Assembly (NCBI RefSeq): GCF_004010195.1
Contig: NC_057751.1
Coordinates: 5,325,223 to 5,389,222 of the forward strand
DNA length: 64,000 nucleotides
Source: Chiloscyllium plagiosum
Taxonomy: Eukaryota
Direction: 5' to 3'
Part shown: piece by piece, positions 51,459 through 64,000 of the stretch
Numbering within the stretch: position 1 is the stretch's first letter
How the letters are laid out: every line of letters starts with the position of its first letter
Notes under the pieces: model-generated
What the model was told of the DNA's origin: nothing
The model's database searches: none
The model's input: the letters and a program-made list of their open reading frames with translations, nothing else
Program-made: the position numbers and the translations under genes

Positions 51459-52524
51459 GGGTGTTGATGTTGAAGGTTATGGATGAGATGCCAATCAAGT
51501 GGGGGCTGCTTTGTCCTGGATGGTGTTGAGCTTCTTGAGTGTTGTTGGAGCTGCCCGCATCCAGGCAAGTGGGGAGTATTCCATCCCACTCCTGACCTGT
51601 GCCTTGTAGATGGTGGACAGGCTTTAGGGAGTCAGAAGGGAAGTAACTCAGTGCAGGATTGCAAGCCTCTATGCTTGTCCCATGTCGTAGGAAATTGCAT
51701 TTGCTATCTATTGGTGTTGATCTGAGTCTCTGACCCACAGCGATAGGGTTGAGCTAGCAGTGCAGAGAAGCTCAGTGCTCTTTTTATTTGTGCTATCAAA
51801 TGGTTAAATCCATTGGAGCCAACTTGTGGCCGCTGCTTTTGTTTCTCCAGCTCAGTTGATGAATAATGCAGCTCACAGTCCTGCCGGTATGAATTGGTCC
51901 CCCACTTGGAAAATGGAAGAAAATACTGCAATTTGGAGTGAGCAGAGTGCCAAATCCAAGTTGGGATGTCTGGGCCACACCTGATAGTTTTCACTGGAAA
52001 CTGTGTGCCAAACTTGCTGGCATTCCTCAGATGAATGAGAATACTTTTCAGGCATCTTTACTGGGTCACTTACAGCAAGACGGCACAGGAAGGAAGGAGG
52101 CCGGTTGGCCCATTGTGTTTACAGGGAACCATCCAGGTTCATGCCAACTCTTGGACAGTAACCCTGTGTGTTCTTAACATTCATTCTGGGTTCATCTGCA
52201 AGGGCTTCTCTGTTTGCCGACCCTCTGAGGCAGTGAGTTTCAGTGTCCCCCTCACCCCATCCCACCCCTGAAACCCCCTGCATAAATCTCTGCTTTAAAT
52301 CTCGGAAATGCACCCCTCAAACAAACTTGTCCTTCCTCTCCAGTCTGGTTAGATTCCCTCATCGGACCAATCCTCATCCTCCTATGCTTCAGGGACAAGA
52401 ATCTCGGACATGTCCAACCTTCCATCATTGCAAGTGTTCCCGTTCACCTCGGCCAATCTCCGCTGCACCCTCAGGGTCTGAGGAGCACCTCGCTTTGCAA
52501 GCTGCCAGGGACGGAGGGACTGTC

Positions 52525-52880
52525 TTATGACAAGAGGCTGTGCAGGCTGGGCCTGTACTCATTGGAGTCAAGAAAAACGGCAGGGAAGATGTGGAGTGGT
52601 TGTTCGTCCCTTGTGGGAGAGTCCGGGACCAGAGGGTGTAATCTCTGTGTTAAGGCAGAGATGAGGAGGGATTTCTTCTCTCAGAGTGGAGTGAATCTGT
52701 GGGATTGTTCACTGCAGAGGGCTGTCGAGGCTGGGTCATTCAAAGTTGAGACAGGCAGATGTTTAAAGGGAATCCAGGGTTATGGGGAAAAGGCAGGACA
52801 GCAGAGTAGAGGGTTATTAGATCAGCCATGGTGTCATTGAATTGTAGAGCTGACTCAATGGGCCGAATGGCTTTCTTCAT
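52525..52880 (+). mobile_element. CR1-like LINE 3' fragment
   Basis: RRDFFSQSGVNLW motif and 3'UTR. Confidence 0.75.
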
Positions 52881-53695
52881 ACCGGCAGGACTGTGAGCTG
52901 CATTATTCATTACGATGTTGGCTCAGCTAGACTGCTATCGGTTGGCTAGGAGGAATTCAGTATATGTTTCCATTGTGCCCAGGACCTGTACAGTTAAATG
53001 GGAGAGTGTAGAGGCTGGAGAATCAAGACCCAAGTTCAGAAAAACACAGGCTTTTCTTTGGAGCAGAGCTGCTACTAGATCAAGTGAAATCTCCCGGAGA
53101 CCAGATGGAGAAACATGGGGGCTCAGAGGGATAAAGAAACCTCGCTTAGCTGGCACATTTGAAGTCAGAAAGATTTAATTTGATGAAGCAACTCTGTTTT
53201 GAAGTGATCCTCATTTGTAAACACAGAGAGGGTGATTGCAAAATCGACCAAGTGTTATCAATCTCCTCTGGCCCCCGTGAACATCCATGACATCAGAATT
53301 CTTCCTGTTTTTATATTTTCAGGCAAGCCAGACTGAGACATAAGCAAAATATATTGTGTACAACTTCGATCATGTTGGGTCTGTGCCCTGTGTTCATCTC
53401 TCTCTCTCTCTCTCACACACACACTCTGTCTCTCTCTCTCTCTCTCTCTCTCTATGAAGCTATCGAGTGTCTGCAAAGCCTCATTTCACTGTTGGTTTCC
53501 AAGTCAATGGGTTGTGTCAGGGTCAGCCTTGAAGGATGTCTTTTTTTGGGGTGGGAGTGGGGGGGGATGGCTTTCAGAGCTGAGGCATTTCCCGTTGTCC
53601 AACTTCCAGCCAGGATTGAAACATGATTTGGCTGAGCACGAGGTGGATTGTTTTGCACATGTTCTCTCACCACCTACTCTCTCTCTCTCTCATAG

Positions 53696-53794
53696 GAAGA
53701 CTCTGATTCTGAAGGCATGCCCAAGAAGAAATGGCCAACTGTGGATGCCTCCTATTATGGAGGTCGAGGTGTGGGAGGGATCAAAAGAATGGAG
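53696..53794 (+). CDS. ANTXR1: ANTXR1-like exon (~exon 15): [33 protein letters not shown]
   Basis: catag|GAA...GGAG|gtagga, 99 bp; conserved [23 protein letters not shown]. Confidence 0.97.
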
Positions 53795-55497
53795 GTAGGA
53801 AGACAATCCTGAATGTAAGTGAACAGAATGGGTTTTGATGGCACATGTTCTCAAATGAGCACAGTGCAAAGGTTTCTAAGTTGCCAATTGCAACACCATC
53901 TCAGGGAGAAAGGTACCCAGGGACAGCTTCTTCAGTTCCAGGATTAGTTACTGTATGACTCTGTCACCAACCCACAGTACCACCTTCAGGACAGGCCACC
54001 TCGCTACAATCCTTGCCCCTCTTGTTTTGGTGATCTGGGGTGGGTGACAGACACTGAACGGAGGGGGGAAAGGCACACTGTGTCTCTTCGGAAAATGGTA
54101 ATACCTCTTTGGTAAATCATTGGCTTGTTCAAAACAATCCAAATGGGTGGCAAGTGCTGAGGATAACACAAATGATTCGAGCGATCGTCATTCAGGAGAT
54201 GATCATAATCATTTTATGTCGAGGTCGTGTATGACTTAAGAAAAGGATCGCACAGTATGATCCCATTCATTCCAACAAGCAAAGCCTCCTTAATGCATGG
54301 AATGGTCAGACACTCACACAGTACAGAACAGGCCCTTCGGCCCCTTGAGTCTGTGCCAACAGGCAAAAAGAAGACCCATCATGAAAAGTCTACTGCCCCA
54401 GCATTTTCTCGTGACGTGCAGAGATCAGGAGATTGAGTTGGTTAAGCTCTCTGTTGTGTTCTGAGCAGCTATATGGGTGCTCCCTTCCTGAGCCAGCTCC
54501 CCCCACTATCACAAATCCTACCCACCCCCCAACCGGAAGGTGACTAGGGTAGCCTTGAAACAGTTGGGCTGTCTCCTCATGCCATGAGCTGACCTCCTGA
54601 CCATAACTGGCAGAGGAGCTGTCCCTAGCCCAGGGTGGATCTCCCCGGATGGGATAACCATTCGAGAATGACCAGGCACCAGAGGAATGAGTAAATGTCT
54701 CACTGCCCCCACCAGCTCGTTCTGATGCAGTGTTTACAGGAAATAATATCACAGTCAGGCTTCTTTCCAGAATGGAACTTCTTTATCATTGTTTTGCCTG
54801 CACCTGTCTGCTCCTTTCCCACTCACCCGAAGAGTTTCCTGACTTCTGTGGGCTTGTTAAAAAACTCCTGCCTCTGTCCTCCACCTGGAGGAGCTGCAAC
54901 ACAGAGTGACCTTTCACCCAGCCCCCACACCCACACTCTCAGAGTCTTTCTCCCTCGCCATCTCCACCTTTGTTTCTTCTCTTCCCACTCTCACGCACTC
55001 CTCCCCACCCATTGTCAGGCAAACGCCCGTGAGATTTTTCCCATCCCGCTCTCTGGTGCCCAATCCAACCCGCTCAGCCACCCTGAGGGTATTGTTCTGT
55101 GCCTCGGTGGAATGGAGCTGAGGGGCCGAATGGCCCATGCGTGTCCCCTCTTTCTCATGAAGAGATTCGCTATCGTCTTGCCAAATCGTTACGAGCAGGA
55201 ATACCCCGGTCGGTGAAGGACACACAGGGTCACAGGTAAATCCAAGTAAGACGGGTGGGGGGGGTTTGATCTCTCTCTCTCTGCCTGACTGCATTCACCG
55301 CAAATCGTGCTTGACCCATCCATTGTGAACCGATTGCCCACTCAATCCCACCCTCGGATTGGCTGACGGGATCTTCCTTTGCGTGCACCATTGCCCGGGC
55401 CGTGGTGCCAGAGGCACCCATTTTGCCTCCGAGGCAGCCAGCTGAGACCCAAGCCCCACAGGCAGCTTCTCAAAGGCCGGCGTTCCCACTTTTGCAG

Positions 55498-55668
55498 GTC
55501 CGCTGGGGAGAGAAGGGATCGACCGAAGAAGGCGCTAAGTTGGAAAAGGCCAAAAACGCAAGAGTTAAAATGCCGGAGCAAGAGTACGAGTTCTCCGAGT
55601 TGGGGATTCAGAACAACAACAGAGCTCGGCAGATGAACGCCCCCAGGAAGTGGTACTCACCAATCAAG
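55498..55668 (+). CDS. ANTXR1: ANTXR1-like exon (~exon 16): [32 protein letters not shown]...RKWYSPIK
   Basis: tgcag|GTC...AAG|gtaaga, 171 bp; [21 protein letters not shown] and WYSPIK match ANTXR1 rather than ANTXR2. Confidence 0.97.
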
Positions 55669-58599
55669 GTAAGATCCCTTCAAACTCAACACAGCGGCTG
55701 CTCAGGGCAAAGGCGCCTAGTGAATGCAGGGGTCCACACAGCGTGGAGGAGAAGGAGAGATTCGTGTTGAGAAACTTCAGAACCCAAGTCCTGCACTTGA
55801 GATCAAAACTGAAGGGGGTTACTCCAGTCTGTTGCCGCACGGGTGGGGTGGTGGACAATTGGAATCTTTTAACAGAGCAGAAAGTGCTGCAGGAACTCAG
55901 GTCTGGCAGCCTCTGTGTGGGGGTGAGAGAGTGATCAACAGGACTCAGATTTACTGTCTGAAGAACTCAGCAGGGATTGGAGAAGAGTCACTGTGCTCAA
56001 AATGTCAACTCTCTCTCTCAGACCAGAGGCTGCTAGATCTGCTTGGGTTTCTCCAGCACTTTCTGTTTTATTTCAGATCACCAGCATTCGCAGCGTTTCA
56101 ACTTTACGTGAAGTCTCTCATTAAACATTTCATGTGTTCAAGTACTTTGAAGAAACCCTGTCTGCTTTAAAACTGAGGAAACATGGCAATATTGAGTCTA
56201 AACCGAAGCCACGAGGAGAGATTGGAGAGTTTGGGGGATGTTTTCCTGAGAGCAGAGAAGGCTGAGGGCGTGACATGGTTGAGGTGGACAACATTGTGAT
56301 GGGTAGAGATAGAGGAGGCAGGAGGAACTTGTTTTCCTGAGCAGGCAGTTCAAAAACCTGAGGTCAGCAATTCAAGCTTAGTGGCAGAGTGGGTTGTGAG
56401 GGTGGTGGGTGTCTGAAACTGACAGCATCAACCCTAAACCTGCATCTGCACCTTTAGTGCCGGAAGCTGCAGAGTTATGTGCTCGGCACATGAGCACAGG
56501 ATTAGAAAGGGCATCTGATTGTCTGTGAGTTGGCAAGAGTAAGATGGGCCAAATGGTCTCTTTCTTTTGCTGTTTCATTTCACGGTTCTAAGTGGCCGTT
56601 GTGTGCAGACAGAGAGAGAGAGAGAGGGGGGTACCAAGTCAATGGAAGGTGATCTTTGGTCAGAACTGAAGGAGGAGGGGAGAAACTTGGAAGGTCGAGG
56701 GGCAGGAATGAACAAAAAGGAGTCCCTGAGATAGGGTGGAGGGCAGGAGGGAATAAATCACAAATGCCTTCACCATGTAACGGCCAAGGAGAGTGCTCAT
56801 AGCGGCCAGGTCCAGCTGAGGTAATCATGAACGGTTTTGTAGTAAACATCTGAATGCAATATGTCGGGAAAGGAAGGAGGGAAAAAAATACAGGAACAAC
56901 CCAGCAAAGCAAAACAAAAAACCAATAAAATAAAGACAAGCTAAGGTTGTCACACCGAACACCAAATCCAGAAGGCTGTAGAATGTCAAAAGAGAAAGGC
57001 TTGGTCATTTGTTTGTATGTCCGTGTCCGTGTGTGCGTGTGCACGTGCATGTCTGTATATGTGTGTGCTCTCAGTGCCGCCTTGTGAGAGACCGAAACGA
57101 GAAACCCTCAACTTAAGGTCAGCACTCAGAAATCCAGTGTGGAATTCAGGACGAACCTCTTCACTCAGAGAATCAGGAATTTCCTTCCTTCTACGGGGAA
57201 TGCCATCAGTACATCAGGATGCTTGAGAAACACTTGGACCAGAAAGGAATTGAGAGATTGGTTGACGCTGTGAAATGAACAAGGGGTGTGGATGAAGCTT
57301 AAACAGAGCACTGCCAAGTTTGGTGGAGGGGTTTGATGTTGGGGCCAGTCTGATTGAAAGGGAACACACAGTGTGTTGGGTTCCAATGCCCCAGTCACTG
57401 GTGGATTGTTTACAATGGACAAGAATCCATTCCAAGATGATAAATGAAGACAGTGTGAACTGCACGCAGAAACGCCCTTTGATTCCCATCTTGGCAATGA
57501 TTCAGAAAGCCCACAGGACCACATGCTCTATGGATGTCCCTTTCAACCCATGGGTCACTGGAAGGGGAGATCTGGGCTGTTGACATTCACTGCCCAAGAC
57601 CAGACTACCAAAAAACAATCGACATTCCGAGAACATAGACAGATTGCTGTGATTGCAGCAAGTCTTCACGTTGGGAATAATGTCTTGGGAAACAAATCTC
57701 TCACCTTTCCAGGATGCACAGTTCACAACAGGTGAATGAACACAGGTTCTATTGCTCAGGTTGGGTGTACAATACAAGATCGAGTACTTGGCTTCAGATC
57801 CTCCAGCAGAAATTAGGACAACTGTATTGAAACACCTTCTGTTTGGCTAAGATTCCAACATCCAGTGACTCCGATTACAACACTCTCCAACTCCACCACA
57901 GGCAGAACCTCCCCTTTCTTAAAATGAGTCAGACTTTGAAGCTCAAACATCAACAACGATGCATCGAAAACAAATCTGTTTTGTTGGTGATGATTGCCCA
58001 ACAAGCTTGGCCAGTTAGCAATTAGGATGTCTTTGACTGTGCTTCTCAAAGTCCTGGAGGTTTGACCTTTGAGCTGATGGCACGTTGGGCTGGAATTGTT
58101 CAGCTCGTCAACAAGAGATGAGCTCCTGCTTTGAATCTGGCAAACGTCTTACTGCTGGCTTTGGAAAATCATCATCATCATCATCATCACAAGCCAAACG
58201 CCTTGGAAACAGAGGGCTGACTGGCATCTGACAAATTGTAATCGGAAGCTTGGAAAAAATCAAGAATGAAAAGGAACCCAAGCGCAAATCAACAGGGGAG
58301 AGTTCTTTGAGAACTGAAAATAATTGTGAGAAAGGTACTTTGTGCGCAGCACTGGGTTTGATGCAGGATTTGACTTCATGGCTTTCAGTTTTGTTTCCTG
58401 TCACTCAGAGATTCCCCAGCTGCCAACATTTCATCAGCACCTCTTTTCTGACAAACATCCATCTCAACAGAAACTCTGAGTGTCCCATAACCATACACAT
58501 GCACTCCAGCAGGGAGTGGTGAACAGTGAAGAGAGGGGGCCAACAGGTGAAGGGGTGTGTTCATTTGCATAAATGGTACTAATCTCCCACCAAGACATG

Positions 58600-60040
58600 G
58601 CTGAGATATTTGTATCATCCATTGTCACAGGGGAGGCGCTGGAAGACTGGAGGGTAGCTCATGTGGTGCAATTATTTCAGAAAAGCTGTAAGGAAATGCC
58701 AGGAACCTATAGTCTGATGAATCGGACATTGGTGATAGGGAAGTTGTTGGAGGGAATTCATGTGTTTGGAAAGGCAAGGACTGATTAGGGATAGTCACCA
58801 TGGCTTTGTGTGTGGGAAATCATGTCTCACTAAAGATTGAGTTTTTTTGTAAAGTTGACAAAGAGGATTCATGAGGACAGAGCAGTGGATGCTGTCTACA
58901 TGGTCTTCAGGAAAGTGTTCAACAAGGTTCCACACGATAGGCTGGTTAGTAAAGTTAGATTTCATGGGATCCATGGAGAGCTAGTCAATTGGATACAAAA
59001 TTGGCTAGAAAGTAGCAGACAGACGGTGGTGATGGAGGGTTGTTTTACAGACTAGAGGCTTGTGACCAGTGGTGTGCCACCAGGATCGGTACTGAATCCA
59101 CTGCTTTTCATCATTTATATAAAAATTATTTGGATATGAACATCGGAGGTATGGTTACTAAGTTTGCAGATGATACCAAAATAGACAGTGTAGTGGACAG
59201 ATTATCTCAGATTCCAATAGGATCTTGATCAGATGGGCCAATGGGCTAAGAGACAAATGGAGTTTAACTTAGGTAAGTTTGAGGTGCTGCATTTTGGAAA
59301 GGCAAATCAGGGCAGGACTTATGCACTTAATGGTAAGGTCCTGGGAAGTGTTGCTGAACAAAGAGACCTTGGGGTGCAGGTTCATAGCTCCTTGAAAGTG
59401 GAGTTGCAGATAGACAGGGATAGTGAAGGCGGCATTTGGTATGCTTTCCTTTATTGGTCAGAGTATTGAGTACAGGAGTTGGGAGGTCATGTTACAGCTG
59501 AACAGGACATTGGTTAGGCTATTGTAGGAATACTGTGTTCAACTCTGATCTCCCTGCTTTAGGAGCATGTTGTAAAACTTGAAAGAATTCAGAGAAGATT
59601 TGTTGCCAGGGTTGGAGGATTTGAGCTACAGGGAGAGGCTGAATAGGCTGGGGCTGTTTTCCCTGGAGCGTTGGAGGCTGAGGGGTGACCTTATAGAGGT
59701 TTATAAAATCATGAGGGGCTTGGGTAGGATACATAGACAAGATTGTTTTCCTAGAGTAGGGGAATATAAAACTAAACAGTATAGTTTAAGGTGAGAGGGG
59801 ACAGATTTAACAAGTTTGAGGAGTAACTGTTTCATGCAGAGGGTGTTGTGTGTATGGAATGAGCTGCCAGAGGAAGTGGTGGAGGCTGGTACAATCACGA
59901 CATTTAAAAGGCATCTGGATAGGGACATGAATAGGAAGGGGATATGGGCTAAGGGTTAGCAAATGGGACTAGATTAGATTCAGACATCTGGTCAGTGCAG
60001 TTGGTCTGAAGGGTCTGTTTCTGTGCTGTATGACTCAATG
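58600..60040 (+). mobile_element. CR1-like LINE, RT to 3'UTR, decayed
   Basis: KVPHDRL, KFADDTKI, QMEFN and RLGLFSLERWRLRGDLIEVYKIM, with frameshifts. Confidence 0.92.
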
Positions 60041-60421
60041 CAATCAACATTGGGCACCTCCAGGGCAGGTGACCAACAGCTTGGCCAAGGAGGAATGTTA
60101 AGGAAGGAAATTCTGGAGCTCAGGCAGCTGACAAGAGTGAACATGAACAGCACAGCAGTTAAACTGGGAAACGTGCGAATCTGTAGAATGGGAGGAGGAG
60201 ATTTCTAAGCAGCTTGAACACACAGAAATGTCGAGCTCAATACCACCTGACAACATCACTGTTCGGTGACCTGTCGTGACAAGATCTGGGAGTATTTGTG
60301 AATTTTATGCTGCTACCATCCTTTTACAGTGCTGTTCTCAAATACCTGCAACATATAAGCAGTCATGCATTTCTGTTTATCGTGCAGTCAACCCTCTTTC
60401 TACACTTTTATCCAACCCCTT

Positions 60422-61054
60422 TGTTATGGACCAGACCCCTCAACATATTTGAAGAAGGTAGCCTTGACCCGGATATTTTCTTATTTTAAAATTGTGAAGT
60501 TCCATGTTTCAGATACAATGCAACTCATCAAACTCATTAATGTTCACCAAAGCAGAATTTATTTAAACAGGGTAGTTCAAATGCAAAAAAAACAAGGAAT
60601 AACTTGGAATAACTATTGGGAAAGAAAAACCTAACAGAATTACCGATACATGACCTGTTACTAATTAACTGTTCCAATATAGTAACATCCCAATCACGCA
60701 CCTCAAGGCAAAAGGCAAATTCAGACACTTACTCTGACATGCAGTTCTCCAGTCCAGGAGGAAAAACAACATCAAGAGAAGATTCAGAGAAAGTAACAGC
60801 TGGGAGACATTCACTGAAATGTCCAACTCTGTTGAGACCCCAAGGGCTTTTGCTTAAAACTCAACCTAAAACTGAAAGAAACTCGAAGTCCTGGTCTGAG
60901 AGAGCTGGCCCTGGCCCCGCTCCCCACCCCAGGCTGCTTCCATTGTTCCAACATTTAAAACAAAAATTGCCAAAGCCTCACAAGTTGTTTACTTTGCTAC
61001 AGACAGCTCGACACCTCTGCCTCACAATTTTTCTTCAAAACAAAAGGACAAAAT
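60422..61054 (-). mobile_element. LTR-like element, same family as the 12674 and 39997 copies
   Basis: Starts TGTTATGGACCAGACC; shares GAGAGCTGGCC and GGACAAAAT segments with the family; right end approximate. Confidence 0.6.
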
Positions 61055-61477
61055 GAAATGAGAGCATTGAAAAACATCCTGCTGTATTTGCCCTAGTGCA
61101 CTTATTAAAATACCCTTTCAGTCCATCTATGTGATTAAACTGAGTTTCTGTCTGAGGTTGCGAGTTGTCTGGGTAAAGACGGGTCTTCCTAAGTGTATTC
61201 CCTGTTGGATTTGTTTATGACCACTTCAAATCTGTGTTCTGCAGTCCTCACCTTGGCCCCAAGTGGAAACGTCCCTTCCCTCATTCTCAACAAGAGGGGC
61301 TCGGACTCTGCCCTGCAGTCTGAAGGAGGATGGGGGAAGAGGCTGAAGGAGGCTTCCGGCTCCAGGTCTCAGCTTCACCAAGCAGGAGAAAGTTGGGAGT
61401 GGGGCTGGGGGGGGGGGGACCGTTGATGGCGGGAAGCTGAAAAATTGCAGAATTTGGAAGTTGCCTTCCCTCGCTAA

Positions 61478-61717
<240 letters not shown>

Positions 61718-62640
61718 TAAGGTTGGGGAATGAGTAATTCTCAGCCGGGGGTTGGCAAAGGTCTGAGTGTGGTTCCCATCAATGAGGGACTCAGGAAGTG
61801 GCTGTGCTCTGTCATCAATCATGTGTTTATGTTTGATGGGGGAGCTGTGGTCACTCTTATCTGGTGGAAGATTATCATTTGCATTTCCAAATTGCCCCGC
61901 AGAAAGAAACAAAGAGAGACATTTCTTTATTCAGAAAAGAGGAAGGTCGAAGAGGGAAATAACAGAAACGAAAGATTCCCTAAAAAGTTGTAAATCAAGG
62001 GCAGTTGCAGAAAGTTTGGAATAGTGGAAGCCAAGCAGTCATGTGAGTCTAGTGTTGACTGATGATGTCAATGGAGAGAGGGAACAGCTGGTTTTCATAA
62101 GCTCAGTAAAGCTCTGCACACGGAAATTGTCAGAAACACCAACCACTATCAAGGACTTTGCTCCACAATTACTGCTCTGAAAACAAACTCAAACACACAT
62201 GCCCGTCCAGGCTTTAAGTGGAAAATATGTAGTTAGTCAGCAGTTACCTATATAACTTCAGCGGGGGGGGAAGTTTGATCGCTCGATTGGAGTTTATTCC
62301 CTGAAAACCTCACCCAGGAATCCTCGCTCACTCTTCCCTCTGCCTGACAGCCTGTTCCAACTTTCCCAGAGCATTGAACTGCAGCAAAAGGAGGTCACTT
62401 ATACTTCTGTGGTTTCCAACTTGCGGTTTGTCCCATTTCCAGACAAGTACCTGTGGGCAGTTTGCAGTTTTGACTGACTCAACCTCAGCTGTGTCGGAGA
62501 AACACAGAAAGCTGCCGTAAGGGGAGGCCATTCAGCCCTTCGATCCTGCTGTACCGTTCAGCAGAATCGTGACTCATTCCCTCTACCTCAATTTCTGGAT
62601 ATTTGACCACAATACCTTTAATGCGTCCAAATGTCTGTTT

Positions 62641-62750
62641 GCAGCGCTCCGAAAGCTAGTGCTTCCAGTTAAACCCGTAGGACCATAACCTGGTGTTGTG
62701 TGACTTTTAACTTTGTACATCCCAGTCCAACACCGGCATCTCCAAATCAT
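62641..62750 (+). mobile_element. Pseudo-LTR fragment of a second Penelope-like family
   Basis: GCAGCGCTCCGAAAGCTAG...AACCTGGTGTTGTGTGACTTTTAACTTTGT; related piece at ~23500-23565; family assignment from recall. Confidence 0.5.
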
Positions 62751-62839
62751 GTCTTTTTCTTGGGGGAGAGGAAAGGAGTATGGAATGGGGCAGACCACTG
62801 ACCCCCATCCCAACACCTTCTGTAGGACCAGATTCCACA

Positions 62840-62968
62840 GGTTTAAATGGAGACGGGCAAAGACTTAAAAGGTACCGAAAAGGGGCAACTTTTTCCACAC
62901 AGAGGGTGGTGCGTGTGTGGAAGGAGCTGCCAGAGGAAGTGGTGGAGGCTGGTACAGTTACAGCAAAG
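62840..62968 (+). mobile_element. CR1-like fragment
   Basis: FSTQRVVRVWKELPEEVVEAG. Confidence 0.8.
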
Positions 62969-64000
62969 TAGTCTTTCTGATCCCACCTCCTCGACGTCAG
63001 TGTCCAGCAAGTGCCTCAGTTGCGTTCACCTTGACTCAGCCTCTGCAACATCTTCATACTCCGACAAAGACAAATGCAAAATACTGCTTTTGCGTTTCAG
63101 CCATTATCACGTCTGCTCATTGTCACACTCCTCTGTGTGGGATCTTGCTGTGCACGAATGAGCCAGGGTGGGACTGGAATGCGTCAGCGGACTCAGAGGG
63201 AAGTGGCAGTCAAAGTTGCAGAGGGACGGGTCACAATTTTCATGCAACACACAAGAGACTCTTTGGCCCGTCAAATCTGCACCTACCCACCTAAGCACGT
63301 CCCACTGTCCAGCTTATCCCCACTTGGTCCACAGCCTCGAATGTTCGGACATTTCAGGTGCTCCTCCACGTGCCCTTTACAAGATTGTGAGGTTTCCTGC
63401 CACAACACTCCAGATTCCTATCGGCTTCTGGGTGAAAAATTATTAGGTCAAACTCACTCTCAACCTCTCTCCCTTCACCTTAAAACTGTGCCCGTCATTG
63501 TTGACCCGTAAGCCAAAGCAGACAGCTGCTTCCAATCCCCCCTGTCCATACCCTTAGCACCTTTTACAGCTCTCTCAGCCTTCCCTGCACTGAAGAAACC
63601 TGAACATATCCAGCGTCCCCTGGGTTGTGAAAATGCTGCATCCCACACACGGTCTTAGTCAGTCTCTCTCCTGAGAGAGAGAGAGAGAGAGGTGTTACAC
63701 AATTCAAACATGGCGTCCTGTCACCTGAGCTACATTGGAACAACCCAAAACAGAAGGGTGAGGACAGAGAGGGCAGAATGACTGAGATAGCAATGTAACA
63801 CAACCGCATATCATGAGAAGCATGAATTAGAAAGAGTTACCAGAAGGAACTTTCATGAGGAAAGTCTGCCATAAGCTCTTGAAGAACTGAAACACAAAAT
63901 CTTCCTTGGCATGAGTGCAGTTGAATGAAAGTTTTATCCCCAGCAACCGGCAACCCACAAGATCTGAGTTTGCTGTTTGTTTTGAACCATGCAGGCAGTG

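Noticed and set aside
57706..57822. Possible antisense exon (ag...GAAAG|gtgaga, open frame VLISAGGSEAKYSILYC...)
   Set aside because: No recognisable homology and no partner exons; compatible with chance

Overview
Vertebrate genomic DNA, most likely a shark (inferred from the HE1-type V-SINEs, CR1-like LINEs and Penelope-like repeats). The + strand carries nine internal coding exons of an anthrax toxin receptor 1 (ANTXR1/TEM8)-like gene, matching roughly human exons 9-17: end of the vWA domain, Ig-like domain, transmembrane helix and most of the cytoplasmic tail. They splice GT-AG in one open frame (795 bp, 265 aa). The gene's 5' exons and last exon are not in the window. The introns are repeat-rich: a ~4.6 kb 17-bp satellite, minisatellites, CR1-like and other LINE fragments (one three-level nest with target-site duplications, TSDs), tRNA-derived SINEs, solo-LTR-like elements and an 881-bp assembly gap. 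The most notable signal is a set of short Penelope-like pseudo-LTR insertions with 10-17 bp TSDs. They carry minimal hammerhead-ribozyme motifs and often fold back into long hairpins whose turn sits at the ribozyme. Almost all ORFs in the supplied track are spurious or decayed transposon fragments. Homology calls come from recalled protein and repeat motifs, not database searches.
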